64,000 bases of DNA from Ignavibacteriota bacterium (GCA_963801355.1 CAWDEM010000008.1:1888001-1952000), one strand, 5' to 3'; positions 16,704 to 28,171 are shown, counted from the stretch's first letter. The notes: a model not told the origin generated them from the sequence alone. Numbers and translations: made by a program.

Positions 16704-18998
16704 CTAGAGTTCAGCGCTGATGCCTATTGACGGGAGGATACCAATCGAGCTCTCGTCCATCTCCACCCGTTGCTCCCGGGCATTCCACCTGACCGATCCC
16801 GAATGCTTGTTGTTGTAGACGTTCTGGATGTCAACATAGGTGATCAACGTCCATGCCGCGAAATTCCATCGCCTATCCACCCGGATGTCAAGGCTGTGGA
16901 CAGCCGCTGTGCGTTCGCTGTTGTAGAGTGCGGTGTTCTGTGTCCCATTCGCATTGAACGGCGTGTACGGATGGCCCGACGCATAACGGAACTTCATGCT
17001 GGCTTCCCACTTTTCATTGAATTGGTAGCCTGCACTGACGTTGAAGATCACATCCTGGTCGTACGAACCGAGCCGTTCCACTCCGTCAAGGGACGTGAAA
17101 CGGGTGCGGCTGAGTGTCAGACTGGCAAGACCGTACAGCGGAATCTCTGAGAGTTTCTTCTGGAGGAGCAACTCCACGCCGAGAGCCCTGCCTTTTCCAT
17201 CGCTCACCAGGTGATCAAGACCGAAGGATGCGAAGCCCTCTTCGGAACCGCCGTAACCACCACCGCTATTTGCGAGGACAAGATATTGCCGGTCAAGGCT
17301 TGCGGCGTAGTTGCTGTAGACCTTCGTATACCCTTCGATGCGGAACCGGAGGTCCTCTCTGAACAAATGCTCGAAGCCCAGAATATACTGATCCGCTCGA
17401 ACATGTTTGAGGCCGAGATTTTCCGGGTTCGCAACCAGCCATACATATGATGGACTCTGATAGTACATGCCCGCGCTGGCGGTAATGTTCGTGAGAGGTG
17501 AGAGACTGTACGTCACTGCTCCCCGGGGGGCAAATGCGAACTTCTTGTCGATACGGTCGAAGTAGTCGCCCCGTCCCCCCAGAACCAATGTCACATTCTG
17601 GAACAGATGTTGAGTCAATTGCAGATACGCCGATCCTTTGGAACCCAGCGTCCGGAAATCCTGAACCTGCACGCTCAATGTGTCACCGAATGGCGTCACA
17701 AATCCCGGTAGCGCAAGGTTGCCATTGTAGCGTATGACCTTTGCCTGTGCACCAAAGGAGAGCTCTGTGTTCACACCGGTTTTCATGGTGACGTCAGCGC
17801 GCAGTGACGTCTCCCCCTCCTCTGAGCGATTGCTGAATATCGGCACGAGGAGCGAATCACGTTGAAGGCCGTTGTACTGCACAAAAGAACGACCGAGGGT
17901 GAACGTAGCAAATCCGCGATCGAAAAGATGTCTTAACGAGAAGCCCGACGCATACTGGCGCTGCGCCGTCCCGAGAACGCGCGAGTTGTCGAACCGGTCA
18001 TCGGCATCCCTGTCAAAGAAGTTCACGTCATCGATTGCGCCGACCGCCAGGAATGTCAACTCGTTGGATTTGTCAAGCGTGTAGTGCGCGCGTCCGAAGA
18101 AGTCCCAGTACTCCGGGACAAAACTGAACCCGGCTGCCTTGAAGATGAAATCGAGATAGCTACGGCGCGCGGAGAACATCACGCTCCCGTCCTGGGAGAA
18201 GGGACCTTCGACGTTGAGTCCGAACTGCGAGGCCGACACGGTGGCCTTGCCTCCGAAGCGGTCGCTGCGTCCCTCCCGCAGGTCGATGTTCAGCACGCTC
18301 GAGAGACGGTCGCCGTAACGCACACCAAACCCTCCGGTGGAGAACGCCGTTTCCCGGACAAAATCCAGATTGATGTAGCTGAGCGGTCCCCCGCCGGCAC
18401 CCTGTGTTCCAAAGTGGTTGATGTTTGGAATCTCGACGTTGTCCACTATAAACAGGTTCTCACTCGGGGCACCGCCGCGCACGACGAGATCGTTTCTCCC
18501 GGGCTGGGCTTGTGCAACTCCCGGAAGAACGGCAATGGCCCGAACGACGTCTTCAAATCCACCGGGAGATCTGCGGATTTCTTCGTAGGTGAGTTGCTGG
18601 ACGCTGACAGGTGCATCGGGGGTGCGCTGAAAATAGCCGGCACTGACCTCGACTCCCTCGATATCGATGCTTGCCTCGCTCAGGAGCAGCGATAATTCGA
18701 TCGGTCTGGCCGTCGAGACAACCACATCGCTCTCCAGGTGCGGCTCATATCCGACGAGAGAAGCCCGAACCTGGTACGTGCCGACAGGGATATTTGAAAT
18801 GCTGAATTCGCCGTTCTCATTCGAGGATGTGCCGATCTGGGTTCCGACAATCTGAACGATCGCTGCCGGGAGAGGCTCTTTTGTCAACTGCTCCAGTATC
18901 CTCCCTTTGATGGAGCCCGTTTGTGCAAAGGAAGCAGACGCCACGATGGTAAGGAGCAGCAGCAGAGGAATGATCTTTCTCAGAGGAGCTGTATTCAT
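16704..18998 (-). CDS. TonB-dependent receptor with carboxypeptidase-regulatory-like N-terminal domain
   Basis: Signal peptide, GSIKGRI...GTSSNENGEF, plug motif VVRGGAPSENLFIVDNVEI, C-terminal DIQNVYN. Confidence 0.9.
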   Translation of the reverse strand: MNTAPLRKIIPLLLLLTIVASASFAQTGSIKGRILEQLTKEPLPAAIVQIVGTQIGTSSNENGEFSISNIPVGTYQVRASLVGYEPHLESDVVVSTARPIELSLLLSEASIDIEGVEVSAGYFQRTPDAPVSVQQLTYEEIRRSPGGFEDVVRAIAVLPGVAQAQPGRNDLVVRGGAPSENLFIVDNVEIPNINHFGTQGAGGGPLSYINLDFVRETAFSTGGFGVRYGDRLSSVLNIDLREGRSDRFGGKATVSASQFGLNVEGPFSQDGSVMFSARRSYLDFIFKAAGFSFVPEYWDFFGRAHYTLDKSNELTFLAVGAIDDVNFFDRDADDRFDNSRVLGTAQRQYASGFSLRHLFDRGFATFTLGRSFVQYNGLQRDSLLVPIFSNRSEEGETSLRADVTMKTGVNTELSFGAQAKVIRYNGNLALPGFVTPFGDTLSVQVQDFRTLGSKGSAYLQLTQHLFQNVTLVLGGRGDYFDRIDKKFAFAPRGAVTYSLSPLTNITASAGMYYQSPSYVWLVANPENLGLKHVRADQYILGFEHLFREDLRFRIEGYTKVYSNYAASLDRQYLVLANSGGGYGGSEEGFASFGLDHLVSDGKGRALGVELLLQKKLSEIPLYGLASLTLSRTRFTSLDGVERLGSYDQDVIFNVSAGYQFNEKWEASMKFRYASGHPYTPFNANGTQNTALYNSERTAAVHSLDIRVDRRWNFAAWTLITYVDIQNVYNNKHSGSVRWNAREQRVEMDESSIGILPSIGISAEL

Positions 18999-19201
18999 TG
19001 GGCAACTTCTAGGCATATGTATATATCGTTTAAATCGTACATTTCGAATATATATGATAACACGAAGTCTGCAAGAAATGTTCCCTGAGATTAAGACAGT
19101 TGCGTGCTCACGGTGCTACGCCAGAGGCAGGAAGATGCGAATCAAGTCCGGATTCACAATCGGCCAATGTGGCCAATATTAACCATAGGAGTCTGACCCC
19201 G

Positions 19202-19624
19202 TCATTCGTCTCCCCGCCTCCCGCTCTTTAGATGCCCCCTTCTTTTCTTCTCCTCCAACCGCCGCGCGTTGGAGGCTACGGTGCGCCGTGTGGGAATTCG
19301 CTTTTTCCGGACCTTCAAAGCGTCTGCTATGGTCTCCGCCATCCGCTGGATTGCCGCCTGCCGGTTCTGCCACTGGCTCCGGGATTCATCTGCCTGAACG
19401 CGCAGAACACCTTGACTGTCCAACCGGCGTCCGAGCCGCCGCAACAGCTTCTGCCGCTGCGACTCCAGGAGTGACGGTGATCCCGCGACGTCGAACGCCA
19501 CCTCGACGCGCGTCGAAACCTTGTTGACATTCTGTCCCCCGGGCCCCCCGCTGCGTGAGAACTTGAACGCCAACTCCGATAGGGGAATTGACAACGTCGA
19601 GTTTACCGGAACCTCATCTGCCAT
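19202..19624 (-). CDS. arfB: Alternative ribosome rescue peptidyl-tRNA hydrolase
   Basis: SRSGGPGGQNVNKV, RSQWQN and basic tail RRLEEKKRRG. Confidence 0.93.
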   Translation of the reverse strand: MADEVPVNSTLSIPLSELAFKFSRSGGPGGQNVNKVSTRVEVAFDVAGSPSLLESQRQKLLRRLGRRLDSQGVLRVQADESRSQWQNRQAAIQRMAETIADALKVRKKRIPTRRTVASNARRLEEKKRRGHLKSGRRGDE

Positions 19625-19707
19625 TGACCCTGCCTTGCTCTTCGGTTCGCTTCTCGCTATAATATACAACAATACGAGAATCTCTTCACCTGGCAGCCCC
19701 TTCCTCA

Positions 19708-19968
19708 ATGAGAATGACGCTCAATACTTCCAACGGATATTCAGTCGAAATAGAGCAAATCGAAGGACTCGGCGCCCCCTGGATCGTGCGGTCGTACCAC
19801 AAGTTCGCCTTCTTGCGCCGCAAACTGAGTTCCGATTGGTTCCTGAACGGCGACCAGGCTCGCACATTCGCCGACCAACTCGTCAAAGATCTTCAGACGC
19901 AGGACGCATCCGTAGCCCTCATCAGGAGCCGCAAACCCGGATGGACCCTGCACCGGCCTGTTCACTAA
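19708..19968 (+). CDS. Hypothetical protein
   Basis: 86-aa ORF filling the gap upstream of the peptide transporter on the same strand. Confidence 0.6.
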   Translation: MRMTLNTSNGYSVEIEQIEGLGAPWIVRSYHKFAFLRRKLSSDWFLNGDQARTFADQLVKDLQTQDASVALIRSRKPGWTLHRPVH

Positions 19969-20002
19969 TCCATTCACGACGTCAAAATCCCGGAGGACTC
20001 TG

Positions 20003-21508
20003 ATGGCCCGGACTCAGACAGTCGGCCTTCTGCGTTCCTACCCTCGCTCGTTCTGGATCGCGAACGTTATGGAGCTGTTCGAGCGAGCGGCGTACTACGG
20101 CATGAACTCAGTCCTCGCCATCTATCTCACGGCAAATGTCGCCGAGCGTGGTCTTGGTTTCACTGAGGAGTCCGTTGGTTTTCTCCAGGGCTTGATCTAT
20201 GCCTGCACGTACATCATACCGATTCTCGGCGGAGCGCTCGCCGATCGTTACGGCTACCGGAAGATGCTGCTCGTTGCATTCTCCTTGCTGACCGCGGGCT
20301 ACTTCGTCAGCGGCCAGATGTCAACGTACGGACTGGTCTTTCTTGCCCTTCTGCTGATGGCGACAGGATCCGGTTTGTTCAAACCGATCATCTCCGGAAC
20401 CATCGCACGGACGACCACGGAGCAAACTTCCGGGTTCGGGTTTGGTATCTATTACTGGATGATCAATCTCGGCGCGTTTCTTGCACCGCTCGTGGTCAGC
20501 TTTCTGCGGGGATTTTCATGGAGCCTCGTCTTTACGGCGTCGTCGATCTATTGCGCGTTGATGCTGTTGCCGGCCCTGTTCCTCTACCGCGAACCTCCCC
20601 GGCCCGAGAACACGAAATCACTCCGTGACGTGCTTGCAGGTGCCGCGCGTGTTCTCGGAGATGCGCGATTTATGCTGATGATCGTGGTCTACTCAGGCTT
20701 CTGGATTCTCTATTTCCAGAATTTCGGGTCCGTCCTCTGGTTTTTGCGCGACTTCATCGACCCGACGCCGGTGAACCAGGCTTTCGGCTCAATCGGCATT
20801 CCACTCCGCTTTGATGCCGAGCACGTCACGGTCATCAATGCCGGCACAATTATTCTCCTCCAGGTCTTCGTCAGTCGCATTGTGAAGAATGTCCGACCCC
20901 TGTATGCAATGGTCGGCGGTATCGGCATCGGCGTACTCGGATTCGTCTGCCTTTCATTTGCCACAACGGTGTGGGTGTTTATACTTGGCATTGCCGTGTT
21001 CTCGATTGGTGAAATGACGGCCCACCCGAAGTATTACAGCTACGTCGGGATCGTGGCTCCGCACGAAAGCAAAGCCGTCTACATGGGATATGCGTTTCTC
21101 TACGGGGTGATCGGCAGCTTGATAGGCTCAAACCTGGGCGGGGCAATGTACGAGTCGTGGCTCAAGCCACTGGTGGGGACCGGCGACACATCGGGTACGG
21201 CACGCGACTTCTGGCTTGTATTTGCTGCTCTCGGGCTCGTCGCCATGATCGGACTGATGCTGTACAACAGGTTCTTCGCTGAAAACACTCCCGCGGCAAA
21301 CCTGCATGCCCGGACGATCATGACCGGTATCTATGTCCTCCTCCTGGTCGTGGGAGCGTGGTTTTTCTACAGGGGGCTCTGGGGGGGACCCCAGCCTGCT
21401 TACAGAATGGTGGTTCAGGCCGCCCTTATGATTGCACTCGGAGCGGGTGGACTCGTAGTCTCCCTCAAATCTCGTCCAGAAGTTCCCCAAGCTGCCGCGG
21501 ATCGGTAA
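20003..21508 (+). CDS. POT/PTR-family MFS peptide transporter
   Basis: ExxER-type motif [16 protein letters not shown] and [13 protein letters not shown]. Confidence 0.9.
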   Translation: MARTQTVGLLRSYPRSFWIANVMELFERAAYYGMNSVLAIYLTANVAERGLGFTEESVGFLQGLIYACTYIIPILGGALADRYGYRKMLLVAFSLLTAGYFVSGQMSTYGLVFLALLLMATGSGLFKPIISGTIARTTTEQTSGFGFGIYYWMINLGAFLAPLVVSFLRGFSWSLVFTASSIYCALMLLPALFLYREPPRPENTKSLRDVLAGAARVLGDARFMLMIVVYSGFWILYFQNFGSVLWFLRDFIDPTPVNQAFGSIGIPLRFDAEHVTVINAGTIILLQVFVSRIVKNVRPLYAMVGGIGIGVLGFVCLSFATTVWVFILGIAVFSIGEMTAHPKYYSYVGIVAPHESKAVYMGYAFLYGVIGSLIGSNLGGAMYESWLKPLVGTGDTSGTARDFWLVFAALGLVAMIGLMLYNRFFAENTPAANLHARTIMTGIYVLLLVVGAWFFYRGLWGGPQPAYRMVVQAALMIALGAGGLVVSLKSRPEVPQAAADR

Positions 21509-23582
21509 CGGGAAGCCGGCATACGAAGTTGGAACATACGTAGGCCGTCGCCTGTCCGGTTACCCGGCTGACCTGGCCGGCATAGGGAATAACCTTCGCC
21601 AGCCGATCCTGTTCCCGCGGATCCACCGGGATCAGCGATGTGCCCGGAAGGTACCGCGTGTCACACTCCTTCCACAACGCTTCGGTCAAACCGTCTCCAC
21701 TTTCCCCGGCGATGACAACCTGTGATGGCGGCTTCAGCAACTGTAATGCGGCAGCCGCCAGATGGGGCATTATCGAAGGCTGCTTCTCAAGCCAGGGGCT
21801 GAACGCGTTGACAGTTGCCTCTGCCCTGTCGCGGAATTCCTGCTCACCGGTCAAAGCGTTGAGTCGCAGCAGGTTCATGGCCGCAGTCGAATTGCCGGCA
21901 GGCTCGGCCCCGTCGTATTGTTCCCGCGTGCGCACGAGGATCGATGGATCCTGTCCGGAGGTGTCACAGAAACCGCTGCGTTGCGAATCCCAGAAGAGCG
22001 ATACCGCGGTTTTTATCAGCCCGATCGCGCGCTCCAGCCACGCAGCAATCCCCGTAGCCTCAAAGAGATCGATAAGACCTTCGGTGAGAAACGCGTAGTC
22101 TTCAAGGTGGGCTTCATGGCGTGCCTCTCCTTCCCGGTAGCGCCGATGGAGGAGCTTTGTTGCATCATCGAACATCGAACCGAAGATGAATGTCGCGGCC
22201 TGCTCTGCTGCTGTCCTGTAGCCGGGAGCGGAAAGCACCCTGGAACCGCGTGCAAGCGCACCGATCATCAGTCCATTCCACGCAGCAATCACTTTGTCAT
22301 CCCTCAATGGCCGGGGCCTGGTGCGTCTGATTTCCAGCAGCCGTTGACGCGCCGAAGCAAGCCGCGCGCGCACATCCTCGACCGGTACGCCTGCGAAGCG
22401 CGCCACATCTTCGATGGGGTGTGCAACGAAGAGTATGTTGCGTCCGGTGAATTCGTTCTGGGGATCGTGTGCAACGTTCCCATCGTCCTCCAGTCCATAC
22501 GCAAACGAAAACAGTGCCCCGTCGGGGTCGAGCGCCCGCATCACTTCTTTACGGGACCAGACATAAAATGCTCCTTCCCCCTGTTCTTCGGGATTCTCGG
22601 GCCGGGGACTGTCAGCGTCTTCCGCTGAAGCAAACCCGCCTGCCGGGAGCCGCAAATCCCGAAGGACGTAGTCAATAGTGTCCCGCGCCACGCCGGCATA
22701 GAAGGGGTCCCGGGAAATCTGCGCCGCGTCCAGATACGCGTGGACGAGCTGTGCCTGATCGTACAGCATCTTTTCAAAATGTGGAACACGCCATTCAGCA
22801 TCCACTGCATAGCGGTGAAAACCTCCCCCCACGTGATCGTGAATGCCGCCCATCGCCATGGCACGGAGGGTCCGTTGCGCCATTTCGGCGCCCCGGGAAC
22901 CCGGGGTGTGCTTGTGATAGCGGGAAAGAAACGTCAGCGTCACCGGCCGGGGGAATTTGGGGGCTCCGCCGAAACCGCCTGACTCCCCGTCAAAGGTCCG
23001 CTGAATCTGCTCGTAGCACAAATCCACCGCCGCACCAATCTGTAAAGGCTTTGCTCCTCCCGATCCTGCAACCTCCTCCAGGTACGCAATGATCTTGTCG
23101 GCAGACTCAAGAACATCATTCCGCTTGTGCAGCCAGATCGCCCGAACCCTGCGCAGAATTTCCGGGAAACCGGCACGCTCAAATCGGTTCACCGGCGGAA
23201 AGTAGGTCCCCCCATAGAACGGCTTCAGGTCCGGGGTCAAGAACATCGAGAGCGGCCACCCGCCCTGTATCCCCATGGCCTGCAGGGCGCCCATATACAC
23301 ACGATCGACATCAGGCCGCTCCTCACGATCCACCTTGATTGCCACAAACCCATCGTTGAGCAACTCCACTGTCTCTTCGTTTTCAAACGATTCGTGCGCC
23401 ATGACGTGACACCAATGGCACGTGGAGTACCCGATAGAGAGAAAAATAGGCTTGTCTTCACGGCGCGACTTCGTGAAGGCCTCGTCTCCCCATGTGTACC
23501 AGTCGACGGGATTGTGCGCGTGTTGCAGGAGGTACGGACTCTTTTCGTGCAGGAGTCGATTTGGCTTGCGTACCGGCATCAT
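21465..23582 (-). CDS. Thioredoxin-domain protein (YyaL/SSP411, DUF255)
   Basis: [34 protein letters not shown] and PHFEKMLYD. Confidence 0.93.
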   Translation of the reverse strand: MMPVRKPNRLLHEKSPYLLQHAHNPVDWYTWGDEAFTKSRREDKPIFLSIGYSTCHWCHVMAHESFENEETVELLNDGFVAIKVDREERPDVDRVYMGALQAMGIQGGWPLSMFLTPDLKPFYGGTYFPPVNRFERAGFPEILRRVRAIWLHKRNDVLESADKIIAYLEEVAGSGGAKPLQIGAAVDLCYEQIQRTFDGESGGFGGAPKFPRPVTLTFLSRYHKHTPGSRGAEMAQRTLRAMAMGGIHDHVGGGFHRYAVDAEWRVPHFEKMLYDQAQLVHAYLDAAQISRDPFYAGVARDTIDYVLRDLRLPAGGFASAEDADSPRPENPEEQGEGAFYVWSRKEVMRALDPDGALFSFAYGLEDDGNVAHDPQNEFTGRNILFVAHPIEDVARFAGVPVEDVRARLASARQRLLEIRRTRPRPLRDDKVIAAWNGLMIGALARGSRVLSAPGYRTAAEQAATFIFGSMFDDATKLLHRRYREGEARHEAHLEDYAFLTEGLIDLFEATGIAAWLERAIGLIKTAVSLFWDSQRSGFCDTSGQDPSILVRTREQYDGAEPAGNSTAAMNLLRLNALTGEQEFRDRAEATVNAFSPWLEKQPSIMPHLAAAALQLLKPPSQVVIAGESGDGLTEALWKECDTRYLPGTSLIPVDPREQDRLAKVIPYAGQVSRVTGQATAYVCSNFVCRLPVTDPRQLGELLDEI

Positions 23583-23857
23583 GTTTTTCCCAATGCTGTG
23601 CGTCCCCATCAAACACACAATGGATCGCTCAAGGTCCGCAACATGTGACAATCGTGGAAGGGGAAAATGTCAGCTCACCCGACAAAGATACTCATACACA
23701 GTGTCAAACGCGACCTCCCGGTACTCGCTCCATTGCATCAGTTCTTGTATTGCTGTATATTTGACACGGTCATTCCTACTCATATTCCCTCTCTCTTTCT
23801 CCGGGTAACGTTTTGGCTGTCATAGTCTTCTATCGCTAATTCACACACAGGATTTTC

Positions 23858-24508
23858 ATGAAGCTCGAATCTATCCTTCATGCCCTGATCCCCAAAGAGG
23901 CGAAATTCTTCAAGTATTTCGAGGAGGATGTTGAAAACCTTCTCCTCGCGGCAGGGGTTTTCAAAGGGCTGATGTCCGACGCGATCTCTCAAGCAGAGCG
24001 TGCACAGAAAGTTGCACACATTGAAGAATTGGAGCACCGGGGTGACGAGATCACCCACAAGATTTTCTCTGAAGTGGGGGCGACCTTCATCACACCGTTT
24101 GACCGGGAAGATATCCATGCCCTCGCATCCAAGCTGGACGACATTCTGGATTATCTCCGTGGAGCCGCAACACGGCTGATCCTCTACCGGGTGGAGACAA
24201 TCTCACCGGAAATGGAGCGCCTTGCCGTCCTGATCTATGACCAGGTTGTGGAATTACATAAGGCGATTCTCAATCTGAGTCATTTCAAAGATGGAAAGTT
24301 CATCCTCGACTCGCTCGTTCGCATCAACAGCATCGAGAATGAAGCGGATGATCTCTTCGAACGCGCCATTGCCGACCTGTTCGACACCTGTGTCGATCCG
24401 ATCAAACTGATCAAGACTAAAGAAGTTCTGGTGAGTCTGGAAACCGCGACAGACCAGTGCGAAGACGCCGCCAACGTCATCGAATCGATCATCGTCAAGA
24501 ATGCTTAG
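23858..24508 (+). CDS. DUF47 phosphate transport regulator
   Basis: EHRGDEITH and FITPFDREDI; upstream of the PiT gene. Confidence 0.92.
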   Translation: MKLESILHALIPKEAKFFKYFEEDVENLLLAAGVFKGLMSDAISQAERAQKVAHIEELEHRGDEITHKIFSEVGATFITPFDREDIHALASKLDDILDYLRGAATRLILYRVETISPEMERLAVLIYDQVVELHKAILNLSHFKDGKFILDSLVRINSIENEADDLFERAIADLFDTCVDPIKLIKTKEVLVSLETATDQCEDAANVIESIIVKNA

Positions 24509-24526
24509 GACGAACCTCCACCTCAC

Positions 24527-25525
24527 ATGATCACACTGGTTGTCGTCATAATCTTCTTTGCCCTGGTATTCGATTTCCTCAACGGTTTTCATGACGCCGC
24601 GAATTCCATAGCAACGATCGTCTCCACCCGGGTTCTCACCCCACGGCAGGCTGTGGTATGGGCTGCATTCTTCAATCTGGTTGCTGCCTTCGCTTTTGAT
24701 GTTCACATCGCCAAAACGGTCGGCAAGGGGCTGGTGGATCTCGCCAGCGTCAATGAATATGTGATACTCGCCGGACTCATCGGCGCGATTGCGTGGAATC
24801 TCATCACGTGGTACTTCGGGATACCTTCGAGCTCATCGCACGCGCTCATGGGAGGATACGGAGGAGCCGCAATCGCCAAAGTGGGATTTGGCGTCCTCAT
24901 CGCTGAGGGATGGGTAAACACTTTTTTGTTCATTGCCCTTGCACCGATCATCGGGATGATGCTCGGGTACCTGCTGCAGGTGATTGTGCTCTGGATTGTG
25001 CATGCGCGGGCCTACTCAAGGGTGGAGGGCACATTTAGAAAGTTGCAGCTTCTCTCCGCCGCACTCTACAGTCTCGGCCACGGAACCAATGATGCACAGA
25101 AGACCATGGGCATTATCACCGGCGTTCTGGTCACCAGCAGGATTATCCAGACATTTGAAGTCCCTGTATGGGTTGTATTTTCCTCGCACACAGCGATCGC
25201 ATTCGGCACGTTGTTCGGAGGATGGCGCATCGTAAAGACCATGGGCTCGAAAATCACGAAGCTTCAACCGACGGATGGTTTCTGCGCAGAGACGGCCGGT
25301 GGGATTACGCTGCTTCTGACGGCCTTCGGGGGAATTGCTGTGAGCACGACGCACACCATCGCCGGCGCCATCATGGGGGTGGGTGCAACGAAACGTTTCT
25401 CCGCTGTCCGCTGGGGTATCGCCGGAACAATGGTGTGGGCATGGATCCTGACTATCCCCATGTCAGCGCTGGTGGCGGCCGGCGCCTATTGGCTGATCGA
25501 GACGGTCAGGGCGCTGCGGGGATAA
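24527..25525 (+). CDS. pit: Inorganic phosphate transporter (PiT family)
   Basis: NGFHDAANSIAT, GIPSSSSHA, HGTNDAQK and VSTTHT. Confidence 0.94.
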   Translation: MITLVVVIIFFALVFDFLNGFHDAANSIATIVSTRVLTPRQAVVWAAFFNLVAAFAFDVHIAKTVGKGLVDLASVNEYVILAGLIGAIAWNLITWYFGIPSSSSHALMGGYGGAAIAKVGFGVLIAEGWVNTFLFIALAPIIGMMLGYLLQVIVLWIVHARAYSRVEGTFRKLQLLSAALYSLGHGTNDAQKTMGIITGVLVTSRIIQTFEVPVWVVFSSHTAIAFGTLFGGWRIVKTMGSKITKLQPTDGFCAETAGGITLLLTAFGGIAVSTTHTIAGAIMGVGATKRFSAVRWGIAGTMVWAWILTIPMSALVAAGAYWLIETVRALRG

Positions 25526-25598
25526 AGCAAAAGGGACCACTCAAGGTCCCGCGCATTTGACAATCGTCAAAAGACTATCGTCAATCAACAATAGGTTG

Positions 25599-25671
25599 TG
25601 GAGCTGACCGGGATCGAACCGGTGACCTCGTGAATGCCATTCACGCGCTCTCCCAGCTGAGCTACAGCCCC
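25599..25671 (-). tRNA. tRNA-Ala(GGC)
   Basis: GGGGCTGTAGCTCAGCTGGGAGAGCGCGTGAATGGCATTCACGAGGTCACCGGTTCGATCCCGGTCAGCTCCA; G3.U70 pair. Confidence 0.97.
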
Positions 25672-25771
25672 GGGACAATTCTCCATTGAGAATGGAGAAT
25701 TGAGAAATATCCTTGAAAAAGGTACGATAATGCCGTTGAATATGCAACACTCCTTCGCTTTCAAAGGTCCG

Positions 25772-26182
25772 ATGCGCGCGTCAAAATGGTTCATTTTGGC
25801 CGGCCTACTCGTACTCGTTCTGACCGTAACGGGCTGCAAAGACGAGAACCCCGTGGACGGGGAGAGTCCGTCAAACATCGTGTTCCCCATCTCGAACGTC
25901 AGCTATGGACAGCAGGTCCAGCCGCTCTTCAATCAGACATGCACGCTTGCCGGCTGCCACGATGACGGAACGCATCAGAGCATGCTTTCGTTGACTTCCT
26001 ACGACAATCTGATGTACGGAGGTGCACTGGTGGTTGTGCGCAACAAGCCCGACGTGAGCATGCTGGTGTTGCGGATCCAGGGAAGTGTGGGCACCCGTAT
26101 GCCGTTGAACCGGAATCCGCTGAACCAGAACCAGATCAACGGTATTCGCGCATGGATCGGAGAGGGAGCACAGAACAACTGA
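25772..26182 (+). CDS. Lipoprotein with cytochrome c-like CxxxxCH motif
   Basis: Lipobox VTGC, then CTLAGCH and distal RMP...IRAWIGEGA, resembling planctomycete-type cytochrome c domains. Confidence 0.75.
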   Translation: MRASKWFILAGLLVLVLTVTGCKDENPVDGESPSNIVFPISNVSYGQQVQPLFNQTCTLAGCHDDGTHQSMLSLTSYDNLMYGGALVVVRNKPDVSMLVLRIQGSVGTRMPLNRNPLNQNQINGIRAWIGEGAQNN

Positions 26183-26219
26183 CGACAGAGACAGCCGATC
26201 CCGCCTTGTGACACCTCAG

Positions 26220-27098
26220 CTACACCGACCGCGCGTCAGCCCCCCAGAACAGTTTCGCCCGCAGCACATCAAAGTATGTCCTGTCTTTCCTCTTCACCAG
26301 ACGCAGGGGGTACGAGGCCTTGCGGACGATGATTTCAATCGGAGGTTTCAGCAACGATTCTTCCTGTCCGTCAGCGGAGAGGAGGACTTCTCCACCCCTT
26401 GAGTTCACAGCAAGGCGTATCGAACTTGTAGCCGGTATGATCAGTGGCCGTCCGTTCAGCGAGTGCGGAGAGATGGGGGTGATGCCGATGACGTCGCAGG
26501 TGGGAATGACAATGGGCCCGTTGTTGGAAAGCGCATAGCCGGTAGACCCCGTCGGCGTCGATATAATCAGTCCGTCGCCCCGGTACGTAACCGCAAATGC
26601 CCCATCGATGTGCGTCTCCAGATCAATCATTCGCGAAGAACGGGATTTGTCGACAACGATGTCGTTGACCCCACGTATGACCGTGCCCGGTTGCGAGGGC
26701 ACCGTGGCTTCCAGCACAAGCCGTTCCTCAATGATATAGTTGTGGGCAATCAGGTCGGCAAGGGCATGGGGGATTTCTTCCGGGGAAAGCTCAGCCAGGA
26801 ACCCCAGCTTCCCCAGGTTGACGCCCAGAATGGGGGTAGCACGGTCACCGACCAGGCGGGCTGCGGAGAGAATAGTCCCGTCGCCCCCGAATGCGATCAC
26901 CATCTCCCCTTCATTGACACACCGTTCAACACTCCCGGCGCACCCGGGCGGGACTGGGTGCCCTGCGTCCTTCAGGAGGTCCGCGATATGGGAATCAACA
27001 ATGAAGCCGGCCCTGGCCCCGATCAGAGCGGAAATCAGGGAGGCCACCGCGTTGCTCAATTCCGGTTTTGCCAGATTGCCGATGATGGCAAATTTCAT
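26220..27098 (-). CDS. nadK: NAD kinase
   Basis: GGDGT, GKLGFL and GDGLIISTPTGSTGY. Confidence 0.96.
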   Translation of the reverse strand: MKFAIIGNLAKPELSNAVASLISALIGARAGFIVDSHIADLLKDAGHPVPPGCAGSVERCVNEGEMVIAFGGDGTILSAARLVGDRATPILGVNLGKLGFLAELSPEEIPHALADLIAHNYIIEERLVLEATVPSQPGTVIRGVNDIVVDKSRSSRMIDLETHIDGAFAVTYRGDGLIISTPTGSTGYALSNNGPIVIPTCDVIGITPISPHSLNGRPLIIPATSSIRLAVNSRGGEVLLSADGQEESLLKPPIEIIVRKASYPLRLVKRKDRTYFDVLRAKLFWGADARSV

Positions 27099-27358
27099 AA
27101 TTGCTTCTCCTGGACGAACACAAGCTTGAGTTCCTGCAGTATCTGTGTAAGGAGCATTTCTTCGTCGGCGGCGAGATTTCCTTTGGTCTTCGCCTGCAAC
27201 ATGTCGAGTATATCAATGGTGTTTTCGGCGGCCTCGAGATTCTTTTCAATTTTGTCGGTGACCGGATGCTTCACTTTGCCGAGCTGCTGCATGGTTGCTG
27301 CGTGAAACATGACGATGAGCTGGGTAAACAGCAGCTGGTGCTTCTTCGCACTGTCCAT
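27095..27358 (-). CDS. DUF1844 family protein
   Basis: QLGKVKHPVT and IDILDMLQAKTKGNL. Confidence 0.85.
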   Translation of the reverse strand: MDSAKKHQLLFTQLIVMFHAATMQQLGKVKHPVTDKIEKNLEAAENTIDILDMLQAKTKGNLAADEEMLLTQILQELKLVFVQEKQL

Positions 27359-27388
27359 GGGAACCTCCTCAGTCAGTGAATTCCTTCT

Positions 27389-28171
27389 TCAGGACACGTC
27401 CTGCTGTTCTCTGTTCTTACCGCTGCGTTCCCACAATTTCACGTACTTGGTGAACACATACACCGAGGAGAGGACCGCCAGGATAAAGCCTTCAAAGCCA
27501 TCCAGAAATCCCCTCCGCAGCAGATACATCTTCACGAATGTGAAAGGGGGTCTCAGCAGGATGTCCCGCAGCCTGAACGTGCGCCCTGCGGCGGCCATGT
27601 CGTCGGCGGCAAGTGATGTGTACCGGTTGAATTTGGCAAAATAGTGGTGCAGGTCCGGATCGGTGAGGTGCACAAGATCGTGCTGGGTGGACGCGGAGGC
27701 GCCATCCAGGTGCAGCTGTTCGTGGACGCGTGTCTCGCTGAAGTGCCCGGTGCCGCGCCTGAAGAGACGTACAACCCGCCCGGGATACCATCCGCTGTGA
27801 CGTATCCAGCGGCCGAGGAAATATGCACGCCGTGCGACCGCATAGCCGTTGATCGATCGTCCATCTTCCCGGAGGAGGTTCCGGATTTCTTCGGCCAGCG
27901 CGGGGGTGACTCGCTCGTCAGCGTCAAGCCAGAGGATCCAATCACCGGATGCTGCCGTCAGTGCCTGGTTCCTCGCCGCCCCGTATCCTTCCCACGCAAC
28001 GTCAATCACATTCGGCGTGAACGACCGGGCAATCTCCACGGTCCGATCGGCGCTGCCGGAATCCACAACGATCAACTCGTCAGCCCACTGGGCACTCTCA
28101 AGACAGGCGCGGATGTTGTGCTCTTCGTTGAGGGTCAGTATGATGACGGTCAGTGTGGCCATTGCAGTCAT
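27389..28171 (-). CDS. Glycosyltransferase family 2 (WaaE/KdtX-like)
   Basis: VVDSGSADRT, LDADE, VHE and KFNRYT. Confidence 0.92.
   Translation of the reverse strand: MTAMATLTVIILTLNEEHNIRACLESAQWADELIVVDSGSADRTVEIARSFTPNVIDVAWEGYGAARNQALTAASGDWILWLDADERVTPALAEEIRNLLREDGRSINGYAVARRAYFLGRWIRHSGWYPGRVVRLFRRGTGHFSETRVHEQLHLDGASASTQHDLVHLTDPDLHHYFAKFNRYTSLAADDMAAAGRTFRLRDILLRPPFTFVKMYLLRRGFLDGFEGFILAVLSSVYVFTKYVKLWERSGKNREQQDVS

Noticed and set aside
23640-23830. Pho box upstream of DUF47-pit
   Set aside because: Scattered GTCA/TGAC half-sites lack a convincing 11-bp tandem spacing; only a TATATTTG box (23756-23763) is clear.
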